A DNA stretch of 64,000 bases from Octopus vulgaris. Lineage: Eukaryota. Every line of letters begins with the position of its first letter. Position 1 is the first letter of the stretch. The notes beneath the pieces were generated by a model that worked only from the letters and a program-made list of their open reading frames with translations, ran no database searches and was not told the origin of the DNA. The stretch is from contig OX597820.1 in NCBI GenBank assembly GCA_951406725.2, positions 114,762,001-114,826,000 on the forward strand. The letters run 5' to 3'. This document shows positions 37,233 to 50,929 of this stretch, in pieces. The translations under genes were made by a program, and so were the position numbers.

Positions 37233-38789
37233 CTACAAAAAAGAGAAAAGAAAAAGAAAAAAAATCAATCAATACATGTTATCTCTTTGCATTACAACCA
37301 AACCAGCACAATGATCCCTCTTCAATAAATTTAAATCAATGCCAGTTAAGCTTAATCATTTTAACAACTTATTCACAATCAACTTTTCTTGAATGCACAT
37401 CCAATAGAATACAATCAACTCATTTCTTCTTCATCACTACAAGGGATCCACAAATACTAGACATGTTTCTTTCACTTTCATACATGACTTTTGAATTCAA
37501 TATCGCTACTACCTACAGACATGCTTTATACATTCAAAACACAGTGAAACATCCGAGTTTTGGAAATATTTTTCATTCTCAAAATTGTCAAAGACGGAAG
37601 TAAACCACCTACATCAGTTATTAGTTGTCAGGACAGTACATCCTTCAAAAATTCCTTGCTTCCTGAAATTCACCAATGCTACTCCTGACATGCCCATCCA
37701 CCCATTCCTCTTTATGGCTCTTTAATGTTCACTTCACAGTCTCCTTATGTTTCATTTTGTCTGTCATTGATGTCTTCCATTTCTTGACATTACCTCTTTT
37801 ACCCGTTTCCAATAAGTTGCAGTGAACCTGAGCACTTTATACAACAAGACCAGCAATCTCAGGGGAGTGGGTACATCAATTACATTGGCTCTAGTATTCA
37901 ACTGATAATTTAATCTATCAACCCCCAAAAGGATGAAAGGCGAAGTTGACTTTGGCAGAATTTGAACCCAGAACACAAAGACAGATAAAGTGCCACTAAG
38001 TGTTTTGTCCAGCTTGCTAACAATTTTGCCAGTTCGCCACCTTAAAATATAAGCTCATTATTACTATTATAAATATCACGGATAGCATGTACATTTATAG
38101 AGTAAACCTTACTATAGAGATTATTTATATATTTAATCACTGTATATATGAGTCTACGTATTTTTGATTAGAAAGAAAATTTGGCACCACTTTCATAACA
38201 CGATTGAGTAGTTCATGATATGAACACCTGAAGCCATGAAATGTCTTCTCAAAGAATCCATAAAATATGTAAAATTTTTTTTAATAAGGAAAATAATGTA
38301 GAAAGGTGAAAATCTTAAAAATGAGAAACTTTATTTCAAGTAACTGCTTAACCCTACTAATAGCAACCCAGCTAAGACTGCCCCAAATCCCATGATATAA
38401 ACTTCCTGTTTTAAAGAGATCTAAATTAAAGCTTACCATCAAACTTCCATGTTAATATATGTTCCAAGCCATAGATTAATAATTACTAGATTGTTCATTA
38501 TTTACAAAATGAATTGAAACAAAGTCAGTGCATTTTAAAAGGAATATTGTAGTTAAAGGTTAAGAAATAGTGTTTACCACCTGACTGGCCCTGATATAAT
38601 GATCTAGCTATTGTTGTTTGTTATCAGCAATATTGATAATATATTGATGAACAATAAAAACAGCCAATAAGTATGAAAAAAAAAAACTGAAATGTGATTG
38701 AGGCAAGATATGGATCCAAGCTTGTCACACCTTCCTTGTCAGTTTCTCTATAGTTTCATAAAAAATTTTAACAGCAAAACAAAACTCAC

Positions 38790-39012
38790 CTTCAGAATTA
38801 CAGGTCTTCAGGCATTGACTGATTCTGTAGCTCCAATCTTCGGTCTCCAATGGCCACAAAAGTTCTTTTAAGCATTCTATGTTGTTATGGATGACTGCCA
38901 GATGTAAAGGATTATTACCACTGGAATCAACAAGTGCTTGGTTGGCACCGTCGCGCAACAACAGTCGAACTATTGGTTTTCGATTTAACAATACAGCTAA
39001 ATGAAGGCAAGT
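38790..39012 (-). CDS. NFKB1: NF-kB p105-like exon, ankyrin repeats 2-3
   Basis: ttttcaag|ACT...GAA G|gtgagt; TCLHLAVLLNRKPIVRLLLRDGANQALVDSSGNNPLHLAVIHNNIECLKELLWPLETEDWSYRISQCLKTCNSEG. Confidence 0.94.
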
Positions 39013-39139
39013 CTTGAAAATAAAAATGAAAAATAAAATGAAATATTAGCTTTAAGAATAAGAGGAATGAGTTCAGCAGTTAAAGATTAAGGGATATATA
39101 TGTCTCCCTATTACAATATTCTTTAAACTATTTATTTAG

Positions 39140-41512
39140 ATAAACCAGTTCAAAGAAAGCTTTTATTCAAACTTTATTTCTGCTTCTAATCCATCTAATC
39201 CATTAATCATGGCTGTTCAACAATTAAGACATGTTGTTTTATATTAAAGAAAGACAGTATAGGCGCAGGAGTGGCTGTGTGGTAAGTAGCTTGCTAACCA
39301 ACCACATGGTTCCAGGTTCAGTCCCACTGCGTGGCATCTTGGGCAAGTGTTTTTTGCTATAGCCCCGGGCCGACCAATGCCTTGTGAGTGGATTTGGTAG
39401 ACGGAAACTGAAAGAAGCCTGTTGTATATATGTATATATGTGTGTGTGTGTGTTTGTGTGTCTGTGTTTGTCCCCCTAGCATTGCTTGACAACCGATGCT
39501 GGTGTGTTTACGTTCCCGTCACTTAGCGGTTCGGAAAAGAGACCGATAGAATAAGTACTGGGCTTACAAAGAATAAGTCCCAGGGTTGATTTGCTCGACT
39601 AAAGGCGGTGCTCCAGCATGGCCGCAGTCAAATGACTGAAACAATTAAAAGAGTATCCATCTATCAACATCATCCAACATTTTCGTACTCAATACGAAAT
39701 AAGATATCTATATTTTTATTTATTATTTACTATTGTAGAAAAGAATTAATGATAGGATATTATAATTCATAACAGTCTTCCTTACTGAGTGAAAAGTTAG
39801 TCACGGGGCATTCAAAACATATAGTCCTTTATACAGAAAGGGATCTTCATAATTTGACCTGACTTGTTTTCTCGTCTCTTTTTCTCCTTGAATAGTTGGC
39901 GTTTTGTTACTCATATTATTCTCGTTCAGGGACTCTTGTTGTGATAGCATTCCTCCCAAAGCCAGGTTGGAAGCATCTGTATCAATGGTAAGTGGTATTC
40001 CAAGTTGTAGAACAGCAAATATGGCATCTACCAATGTTGTAATTGGTTTGAGCTTAAAGGTCTTAATGCCAGGAAGTAGTTCGTATGCGGTGCATTTTAG
40101 GCTTGACATGGACATGCGGAATCACACAGGTTTGAGCATGCCCTTGAAGACACTTGTAACTGCTGAGCGTTGACTGAGCATATCAATTCTAATGATGATT
40201 GGAGCTACAAGGTGGTCAGCCACAAGGAAATTAGCATTGTATATGCATAATTTCCCAGTTGTAGTTTGCTACTGAATTTGCCTTTAATTTCCAGTGCTGT
40301 GTTGTTGGCCAAGTTAACTTTTTCTGGGCAGGTATGATTGTATTGTAATCTCCAGACTGCAACAAGATTCGCTTCTAAAAATGTCCTGTCAGAACCTGTG
40401 TCAAGAAGGGATCGTGTATTGTTGTCCTTAATTTTAACAGGCACCAGCTGTCCTGTACCGTTTGTTACCGCTAAAATGATGGATGATAAGGTCCCATCAT
40501 TGTTTTCCTCTGAGTTGCTCTCGGGCTCTGTAATAGCGACTGTTTTAGGGAAGTTTCATTTGTTTTTTGGTGGTGTTTTTGAGAGGCAGACTTTCTCCCA
40601 GTGGCCTTTCTTCTGACACCTTTTGCAAGTGAATATTCTTGCCACACATTGATTATTTTTATGGATGTCTCCACTGCACCAAAAGCTGATTTAGTGATTG
40701 CAAGATGGGGCGGTTGATCGATACCAGCTGAGCCTTGCTATAGGTTACAAGTGTCTTCAATGGCCACCTCCATGGTTTGAGCAAGTTTATAGAGTGTCTC
40801 TAAGCTGTCATCTGATGACTCAAGAAGTCTTTGTCTGATTGATGGTGATTGAAGCTCAGCCACAAAGGTATCACCAATTAGAATTTCTTGGTAACAGTCT
40901 GCCGTAAGGTTTGGATTTTACACTTCTTGGCCAGCACCTGAAGGCTTCACATAAATTCTTCTATAGATTCGTTTTCCTTTTGTTTTCGAGTTTGTAGCTT
41001 ATGGTGCATCACCATATTTGAACCTTTCTTTATGAACTTTGAGTCCAGGAGTTCTATTGCCGCCTCGAAGGCTTCAGATTCTTCAATGATGGGGTGGGTC
41101 CTTGCTCTGCAGAGGACTAAGAGTGCCTTCAGTTTAGATTCATCTGGAACTTTTGCCTTTGCTATGTAGATGTGTAGCATCCATTTCCAGTAAATATAAT
41201 CTTCCTCAGTTGGGTCGTCTGGTAGAGTCCTCTTGAACACTTTGGCATCCATTTAGAATGAAGTTTGAATAAAATTTGTCATAAACCAGTTCAAAGAAGG
41301 CTTTTATTCAAACTGCTCACTGTCTAATCCGTTAATCACGGCTATCCAACAATTTTGACACATTTTATATTAAGTAAAGACAATATCCATCTGTCAAAGT
41401 CATTTCATACTTAATACTGCATTTTCATACTCAATACAAAATAAGATATATTTTCATCTAATATTTTCTATTGCAGAAAGGAATTAATGACAGAATATAA
41501 TAAATCATAATA
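39140..41512 (-). mobile_element. Old internally deleted Gypsy LTR element (gag, protease, RNase H remnant; no RT core or integrase)
   Basis: Diverged LTRs 41277-41512 and ~39140-39774 (latter split by a SINE with agtat TSD); gag MDAKVFKR...QTRKQKENESIEEF, LLDTGSD, IDTDASNLALGGMLSQ; PPT-like agtaaggaagac. Confidence 0.82.
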
Positions 41513-42623
41513 GTTTTCCTATTACAATATTCTTTATTAAATATTTATTTAGATACTTAGATTTAAATAGAGCTGCTCTCTTTAGTTGTTACCAGGTGGC
41601 AAATAGGTGCATCCATAAAGCACAGTACAAAATGCCTTTTGTTTTAATTTTCATATATGCTCCCATTTTGCCCTGAGATGCCACCTGGACACTTCATCAC
41701 CACTATTTCTCTCTTTGCAGCTACTATTGATTCATTCTTACTCTCTCCTAAATGTGAGTAATCATGCAACTCCTCTACAATAATAACCTGCTCGGCCCCA
41801 CCTCCTTCTCTCACACATTAACCCTCATCTCCTCGTAGAAAGCACCCACACTTGGATTTCATAATATTTCAAGGTACACAGCAATTTCACTATTGCCAAG
41901 TACACACTGTAAAATGGTTGTTGCTAGGTAGATTTATATCTAAACCATGCAATAAACTGCTGACTGTTAAGAAACTTATAGTAATTGTTAATCAATGGCT
42001 GTAACAAAAAAATTTAACGCTCTTAATACCAACTCTGAAATGGTACATATACCAGAATGATCCATGCTGTTCTAAATACCTTATAGCATCAATGCATGAC
42101 TAACAAAGACCTATACCAAGCCATCCTATATATCACAGAGACAATATGAAAACACAGGCTGAGATTTATTGGTCTCTGTTGGTATAACAACAAGGAAATA
42201 AGTTCTTCAGTGGCAACCTTCTCATGGTAAAGAAGTATAGCGAGTCAGAAAAGCTATTTTTCTTATCGTGTGGTAGCACAATTGTGCTATGGCAACTCCG
42301 GCCAATCAGGGCTGGGTGCGTATTAATACTAAAAGCAGTTCTCTGCCCAAGAAGAGTTAAGTAGGTGTTTTAATCAGTTAGCAAAAAGACAGCAGACCAG
42401 CAACATCGGTTGTCAAGCATGGGAATAGCCCTTTTGTTTTTCACACAAACTTTGCACCGCTAGCTCTGCATTATATCAGCCCTCAACTCTGGTCACATCA
42501 GGAACAGCTTATTTTGTTTATGCCAGCTGCACTCCACAAAATTCTGAATGCAATCAGCCCACAACTCTGGCCATGTCATGAGCAATATATTTTCGTTTAT
42601 GCCAGCTCTGTTTCTGTTAGCTT

Positions 42624-43037
42624 TGTAACAGGATCTGTATCAATTCACTGAAAGGGTGTCGATCCGATCCAGTCACATACAATTTAGTAAGACATAACAG
42701 ACGAAGTCAGGTTATGGGTGAAAGACAGCAGTTTGTTTATTAATTGCGATGGCGTACGTGTATCTGATGGGAGAACGACAGCCTCTGATGTACAGCTTCT
42801 TCTTATTCGTTTGTTGAAGTTGTTCGATGTCGTTCGCGGCTAAGTCGGTGAGGTTATCAGAGTCCACAAAATGCACGTCTGTTCACGTCGGCTGTCTTGC
42901 CAGAGAGAATGATTTGAGTTTAGCAGGCCTAAGGGATCGTTTCCCGCACATGCACATGGGGAAGACTTCCGGTGGCCACCCGGAAGTAGTCCCATTCGGC
43001 GCATGCGCGCTGAACCCTACACAGTAGCATCACTACA
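42624..43037 (-). repeat. 3' LTR of the CsRn1-like element
   Basis: About 10 differences from the 5' LTR over ~414 bp by manual comparison. Confidence 0.95.
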
Positions 43038-46000
43038 AGGCTCCCCCTCGAGTGCAAAAGTATGACAACAAGAAAATTTGTGGTGGTGCTGCAGAAAAAC
43101 AGATGGCTTGCCGATCCCCCAGAAGACTTGGTACATAATATCATACAAAACAAGAAAAATTTGAAAGAAAGTTAAATATAGATTGTCTTTGAAAGTTTCT
43201 TGGGCCAATGCACTGTTCTGCCCGATCGTGTAACATACGGTGTGCTCGGGGCACCCGTTGACGGTGAGGGTGGTGTTGTAGGAGCCGGTGAAGGCAAAGG
43301 CGTCTGTGCAGGTGAAGGTGTTTGTGCAGGTGAAGGTGTTTGTGCAGGTGAAGGTGTTGTTAAAGGTGCATAGGTGGGTGTGGCAAGGTTGTCATCAAAA
43401 GATGAAGACGTCTCAAAATGTGCTTTTTTTAATTGGTCCACAGAAACGGTCTCCGAACGACCATTTATCTCGATCGTGAAAACCTTTGGTGTGCGAGAAA
43501 GCACACGGAAAGGTCCTTCATATCCGGTGGAAGATGGGATGGTGGAGATTGCTCCCTGGGAACCATGGATGGAAGGTTCGAAAAATATGCACGCAGTCTG
43601 GTGACATAGGTCGCCGGATCATGGGGCTGGGAAGTGTCTGGCACCAACATCGTACCAGGCAATGCCAGTGTGGTACCATACAGCAGCTCTGCAGCAGAAA
43701 ACCCCAGGTCTGCCTTGACAGCAGTCCGACAGCCGAGAAGCACAATGGGCAGAAATTCAATCCAGGACTGTGGGTCTGAAGAGGCACGAAGAGCGGCCTT
43801 GAGCTGTCTATGGAACCGCTCAACTAATCCATTAGACGCTGGATGGTAGCTTGCAGTGTGGATATGGTGCATACCTAAAATTCGCGACAATTCGCGAAAT
43901 AGCAAGGCTTCAAACTGACGTCCACGATCAGTAGTCACTCGGGACGGGACTCCGAATCGAGAAATCCAGCTTGAAACGAAAGCTCGCGCAACAGTCTCAG
44001 CAGAAATGTCTGCTATTGGAATGGCTTCTGGCCAGCGGGAGAAGCGATCGACACAAGTTAACAGATAAGAAAACCCGCGACTCACAGGCCATGGTCCAAC
44101 CAGATCGATGTGGACATGGCGAAAACGGGCCTCCGTGGGGGAAATTGTCCAAGCGGGGCACGAACGTGCCGTTGAATTTTGGACCGTTGACACTTGGAGC
44201 AGGTGCGTGTCCAAGAAGTAATAGTGCGACGGATATTCGGCCAGAAAAACTGAGCAGTGATTAGTTTAAGGGTGGCAGCGATTCCAGGATGTGATAAGGA
44301 GTGCAGTGCTTCAAACACTGAGCGTTGATGGTTCTCAGGCACGAGTGGCCTGGGAGAACCAGTGGAAGTATCACAAAGAATGGTGCCTTTGGCTGACGGA
44401 AGCGGAAGGTAGGAAAACTGGCAACAGGAGAACTTGGGAGAAGTTAAGTCTAACGACGCCAAAGGTAGCTGCTCCTGCGAGATGGCAGCTAAGTCGATAG
44501 CAGCAGGAGATGAAAGGGCGCAAACTGGAAGGCGAGAGAGAGCATCAGCAGGAACGTTCTCTTTTCCAGGTATGTGTCGAATGTTACTGGTGAATTGAGA
44601 GATAAAATCCAGGTGCTGGAAAGCACGAGGTGAGAGTTTGTCCGTTTTTGAACACAGGGCAAACGTAAGGGGCTTGTGATCCGTATAGATCACAAAATCT
44701 CGCCCTTCAAGTTGATGCTGGAAATGATGAACCGATAGATAGATCGCTAGGAGCTCACGATCAAAGGTACTGTATCGTCGTTCAGCTGGTTGCAGTTGAT
44801 GGGAAAAGAAAGCCAGAGGTCGAATATGATCATCCACTGTGTGTTGTAACACAGCGCCAATCGCAGTGTCCGATGCGTCTACAGTCAAAGAGAGAGAAGT
44901 ACCAGGAACTGGATGTGCAAGCAAAAAAACAGAAGCCGGCTCCTTCTTAATGGACTCAAAGGCTGTCACTGCCTCAACAGAGAGGGTGACTTGACTGTCC
45001 TTTCTAGGAGTGTCCTTTAATAGCCTGGTGAGAGGTAGTAGCTTATCTGCACAACCGGGAATAAAACGTCTGTAGAAATTGATCATCCCTAGATAATGCC
45101 TGAGCTGGCGCAAGGAAGTGGGGGTGCGATGCGTTGAATGGGATCGACTTTTGACGAGAGAGGGCTGATTCCACTCGAATCAATATGATGGCCTAGAAAT
45201 CTAGGGAAGAGCGTCCGAAAACACACTTGTCGGGATTTATATGTATACTATAAGCGCGAAGATGCTGAAAAAGCTGAGAAAGGTGCTGGAGATGATTTTC
45301 ACGTGTGTCGCTCGCAATGAGTATATCATCGACATAGGCAAACACAAAATCAAGACCACGGACAACCTCATCAATGAAACGCTGGAAAGTGCTAGTAGCA
45401 TTCCGCAAACCGAAACTCATATACAAAAACTCAAAACACCCAAAGGGGGTAGTGATCGCAGTTTTCGGAACGTCGGCTGGGTTGACCGGTATTTGATGGT
45501 ACACGCATATAAGGTCGACCTTCGAAAAAATGGTACAACCATGGAGATTTGCCGTAAAGTCCTGGAGATTTCGGATCGGAAATATCTGTTGGCTATTGTT
45601 ACAGCATTGAGGCGTCGATAGTCTCCAACCGGGCGAAAATCAGACTCGCCCTTTCGCGCCAAATGAAGGGGAGATGCCCATGGGCTGGTGGAGGGGCGTA
45701 TAAGGCCAAGTTGAAGCATGTGCTCAAACTCGGCCCTAGCCATCTTTAGTCGGTCAGGCGCAAGGCGCCGTGGGCGCGAAAATACAGGCAGCCCAGTGGT
45801 GGTGATAAAATGGAGGGTCGAGTGGGTAGGCTTTTCCGGTTTAAAGGCAATGTCCACTAGCTCCGGAAATGAAACCAAAAGAGAGTGAAAAGGGTCTCCA
45901 GAGGTGGCAACAAAGAATGTCGGGCTAAGGACCGCAGTGGTGGAACTCCCAGTCGGTGTAGAGAGCGACGTCGTGCTATCAAGAAGCCTCCGACGCCTGA

Positions 46001-47037
46001 CATCCACCAATAGATTAAACCTATCCAGGAAATCAGCGCCGAGAATAGGATGCGGGATGTCAGCGATGACGAAAACCCATTGAAAGTCTCGACGAAGGTT
46101 GATGTCGAGGCGCAGCGAAATCTGACCGTAAGTGGTTATGGGAGACGAGTCAATAGCATGCAAGACAATTGAAGAGCGCTTGGGCTTGTCTGCAGTTAGA
46201 CGAAGGGGCCAGATGCTGCAACAAGAGCCGGTGTCCACCATGAAGAATTTCTTCGACACCAGATCTTTTACAAAGAATGTACGATTTTTGGGAAACGAGA
46301 TGGAAGAAGGTGACGTGCTCACCTCCTCCGGATTTAGTTTTCCGAGGGCTTGAAAGTGCATGGCTGGGTACACCGATCTGCCTTTTTGGCATACTTTGAA
46401 TGGTACCAGCACCAGCCGGAACGAGAAACAGAGTCACTCCGACTACGGGAAATAGAGCTACTGCGACTACAACTGCGAGATTGGCGCCCAATCGCACGGC
46501 ACAGATCATCGATTCTCTGCGTAAGCGCATCGATCTTCTCGGCTAGTTTATCGTTCGTCGGAGGTGTCGGAGGGGGCTCTGTACATGCGTACAGGCCCCG
46601 CGAGGGAGATGGTCGCGAAAACTCTAATATTTGTGAATGAGGCAAACTTGATGCAGCCATGTTTTTTGTCGGAAGGATCGTCTGTCAGGAGGGGCAGAAG
46701 GTATGAAGGAGAAATGGAGAGAGAAAACGTGGAACCGACAAAGCAAATCAAAATGGTGTTTTGTGTACTGTTGTGTGTGTGAGTGCACCTCGTGGGTAGT
46801 AAAACAAGTGTGTGTGTGCACAAAGGAAAACAAAGTACAGAAAGGAAAAAAAAATAATGTGTGTGTGTTTTCTTTTTTTTTTTTTTTTCAGTGTGCTGAG
46901 TGCGATGAATAAGCTTTTGTTTGTACCCAACTTTCCGTTCTGAAAGGAAAAGAAAAAATGAATGTTCAGTGCTCTATCTGGCAAAACCTGTTCGCTGCGT
47001 CTTCTGTTCTTTTTTTTTTCAACTTGGGGTCACCAAT

Positions 47038-47450
47038 TGTAACAGGATCTGTATCAATTCACTGAAAGGGTATCGATCCGATCCAGTCACATACAATTTA
47101 GTAAGACATAACAGACGAAGTCAGGTTATGGGTGAAAGACAGCAGTTTGTTTATTAATCGCGATGGCGTACGTGTATCTGATGGGAGAACGACAGCCTCT
47201 GATGTACAGCTTCTTCTTGTTCGTTTGTTGAAGTTGTTCGATGTCGTTCACGGCTAAGTCGGTGAGGTTATCAGAGTCCACAAAATGCACGTCTGTTCGC
47301 GTCGGCTGTCTTGCCAGAGAGAATGATTTGAGTTTAGCGGGCCTAAGGGATCGTTTCCCGCAGATGCGCATGGGGAAGACTTCCGGTGGCCACCCGGAAG
47401 TAGTCCCATTCGGCGCATGTCGCTGAACCCTACACAGTAGCATCACTACA
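47038..47450 (-). repeat. 5' LTR of the CsRn1-like element
   Basis: Followed on the minus strand by the PBS at 47026-47035. Confidence 0.95.
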
Positions 47451-48379
47451 GATTATAACAACTTCCAACTGAATCCATTTTTCAAATGTAAGTTATAAAG
47501 CTTTCTCTGACTCTTGCACGTACACTAAGCTATGCTCATATTACTTGTCAGCTCTCATTAGCCTTTGTATAAAAATGCCTTCTGATATTTTCATTACATG
47601 TGCTTCTCAAAAGCTCACTTAAAGGATCTCTCTATGAATACTTTCACTAAAGTGGTGACCCTTTACCAACATTCTCTCTATAGAAGGAAGCAGTAGACCA
47701 GCAAAAAATACTACATCAACCAGAATCCTGATGCACTCTCCAAGCACTTAAAAATGCCATGGATGATAGACAGAAGTGAAAAACGTGTGTCAAGAATGTC
47801 GAGAAATTCTCAATTCACTGATACAAACCTGCCTGAAGCTACTCTAGATTCAATCATACAAAATTTCTGTTGAAAAGTAATCTAAATGAAAAACTTCCAT
47901 CAAAATTTGATGTTAATTTGTTTCAAATTAATAAGAACAGTTATTTTACTATATTCTTCATTATTTTCGAAATTAATTGAAACTAAAGCAATGTATTTCA
48001 AGAGAAATATTGTAACGAAAGGGATAAATACAGCAGACCATGTATAACTATGTCCTGTTCCATTGCATATAATAGTGATGTTATTGTTGTAGTTTTCTAA
48101 TCATTCCTAAATTTTTACTGAAGATTATAAGAAAGAATTGGAATAAACTTTATCTCTTCCCACTTTATACAAAGAATAGCTTCAAATAGTTTCTTACCTT
48201 TATACTGGAATATTCTATAGCAAGTGAGCAGCATTTAACAAGTGAAGCCATGGTTGTTAAAAAATAAATACTCATTTCTTTAAGTAAGCTTTGCTATCAA
48301 CTTTCACATAGGAATTGAAAGTACAGGTGTCTGAGATTGATTACTTTTAATACAGAAATAGTGGCACCAGAATTGTAGA

Positions 48380-48912
48380 TATCATCATCATCATTGTTTA
48401 ACGTCTGCTTTCCATGCTAGCATGGGTTGGACGGTTTGACCAGGGTCTGGGAAGCCAGGTGGCTGCACCAGGCTCCTGTCTGATCTGGTAATGTTTCTAC
48501 AGCTGGATACCCTTCCTAACGCCAACCACTCCGTGAGTGCAGTGGGTGCTTTTTATGTGCCACCAGCACAGGTGCCAAGGGAGGCTAGCAATGGCCACGA
48601 TCGGTTGGTGCTTTTTACGTGCCACCGGCACAGAGGCCAGTCGAGGCGGCGCTGGCAACAGCCACGTTTGGATGGTTCTTTTACATGCCACCGGCACTGG
48701 TATCACAACTGCAATTTCCATTGATTTTTGATCGATTTCGATTTCACTTGCCTCAACAGGTCTTTGCAAGCAGAGTTTTGTGTCCCAAGAAGGAAAGGTA
48801 CGCATAAGTGAACTGGCTACATCCCAGGTAGGGACCACGTTCGGATGGTTCTTTTACGTGCCACCGGAACTGGTATCACAACTGCAATTTCCATTGATTT
48901 TTGATCGATTTT
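48380..48912 (-). mobile_element. RTE 3' fragment (other copies: 19950-20188, 22831-23108, 27323-27743, 29660-29822, 50458-50720, 50742-50923, 51232-51632, 58070-58592)
   Basis: Recurrent (cat)n-cgtttaacgtccgctttccatgctagcatgggttggacg terminus matching the 3' end of the 30581-32774 LINE. Confidence 0.9.
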
Positions 48913-48948
48913 GCTTATGGGCAAAGTATTTACTTTTTTAATAGAACC

Positions 48949-49020
<72 letters not shown>

Positions 49021-49538
49021 ATGCAGATGGATGCTGATAGCTCCATAAAGGAGTTCCAATTTCTCAAAGTAGATGAAGCATGTTGGAAGAGGGAGACCCA
49101 GGAAGGCATGGGATGAGGTACTGAAGAACAACCTCAGGATGCTGAACCTTTCAGATGAGATGACAAAGGACTGAGATACCTGGCACCTTGCTGTACTCAA
49201 GAAGACCCATACTCCACAGCAGAAATGTTAAGGCTGCTCTCCCTGGTGGAGAGGATTGCCTTAGAAGAGTCCTGTGCCAGTGCCACGTAGTAAGCATTCA
49301 TGCTGGTGCCATGTAAAAGCACTCAGCATACTCTGTAAAGGGGTTGGCTTTAGGAAGGGCATTCACCTTAGAAACCATGCCAAATCAGACTGGAGCCTGG
49401 TGCAGTGCCCCCAGTTTGCCAGCTCTGGTCAAACCATCCAACCCATGCCAACTTAGACAATGGATGTTAAATGATGATGATGATGATGATGATATGTATG
49501 CATGAGTGCATCTGTATTACAGAGAGAAAGAGTCTTAC

Positions 49539-49647
49539 CTGTAAATTAGAATTCTTGCAGTCTATATCATATTGAGTAGTTACCAAAACTTTTAGTAATT
49601 TTTTCACAATGTCAACTTGATTGTTCATGACAGCAAGATGCAGGAGG
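49539..49647 (-). CDS. NFKB1: NF-kB p105-like exon, ankyrin repeat 1
   Basis: ttcacag|C CTC...TTA CAG|gtaaga; LLHLAVMNNQVDIVKKLLKVLVTTQYDIDCKNSNLQ. Confidence 0.92.
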
Positions 49648-50415
49648 CTGTGAAAAAGAATCAAAAAGAAACATTAATTTGTTACAATGATGACAAGATT
49701 AATTTGAAAATGGAAAACAATATAATTAACTTTACAAGCACAACTGTAAACACTGATGTACGTGACACAGTTATTCATAGACAGGCATACTTCAGATTAT
49801 GTTGTTTTGGGTTAGGTCTTCTTTTTACTGTGTCATTTTTTTAAAGAAATTAATGGATAAAATAAAGCTCAGATCTAGATACCTAGGGCCTTGCTGTACT
49901 CAAGAAGAACCATTCTCCACAGCAGAAATGTTAAGGCCACATCCCTTAGTGAAGAGACTTGGCCTGCAAATGTCCTGTGCCAACGTCACATAAAAACACC
50001 CATGTTGGTGCCACATATTAAGCACACATGCCAGTGCTATGTTAAAAGCACCCAGCACACACGGAGAAGTGGTTGGTGTTACAAAGGGTATCCAGCTGTA
50101 GAAACCAAGCCAAATCAGACAGGAACCAAGTGCAATTTCCCAGTCAAATCATCCAACCCATGCCAGCATGGAAAACAGACGTTAAAAGATGTTGATGATG
50201 TCAATCTCAGCAAACATTTTAACGAATAATGATTTTTAAAAACATGTAAAACACAACACTAAAGTGGAAAAATGTGCAAATCATTAATTAAAAAAGCTAA
50301 TTAATTATAAAAAGAATTCTTTTTTGTGTTACATTGGTAAGTGTCCTCTACCAAAGCTCCAAGTCAACTAAAGATGTGTGAGTGGATTTGGTAGACAGAA
50401 ACTAAAAGATGCCTG

Positions 50416-50449
<34 letters not shown>

Positions 50450-50929
50450 TCAGTTATCATCATCATCATCATCGTTTAGCGTCTGCTTTCCATGCTAGCA
50501 TGGGTTGGACGGTGCAACTGGGGTCTGGGAAGCCAGAAGGCTGCACCAGGCCCAGTCTGATCTGGCAATGTTTCTATGGCTGGATGCCCTTCCTAACACC
50601 AACCACTCCATGAGTGTAGTAGGTGCTTTTTATGTGCCACCGGTACAAGGTGCCAGACGAGGCTGGCAAACGGCCATGTTCGGATGGTTCTCTTATGTGC
50701 CACCAGCACTGGAATCACAGCTAATATATATATATATATATGTAAAAAGCACCCACTACACTCACGGAGTGGTTGGCGTTAGGAAGGGCATCCAGCTGTA
50801 GAAACATTGCCAGATTAGACTGGAGCCTGGTGCAGCCTTCTGGCTTCCCAGAACCCCGGTCGAACCGTCCAACCCATGCTAGCATGGAGAACGGACGTTA
50901 AACGATGATGATGATGATGATGATATATG

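Larger units (their letters stand above)
42624..47450 (-). mobile_element. CsRn1-clade Gypsy LTR retrotransposon, recent, gag largely deleted, pol frameshifted
   Basis: TG...CA LTRs 47038-47450 and 42624-43037; PBS TGGTGACCCC (tRNA-Trp type); PPT gagggggag; Gag CWYH-x9-C-x3-C; PR VDTGS, RT YVDD, RNase H DASD, IN H-H-C-C and DDE; flanks gctt/gatt. Confidence 0.95.
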
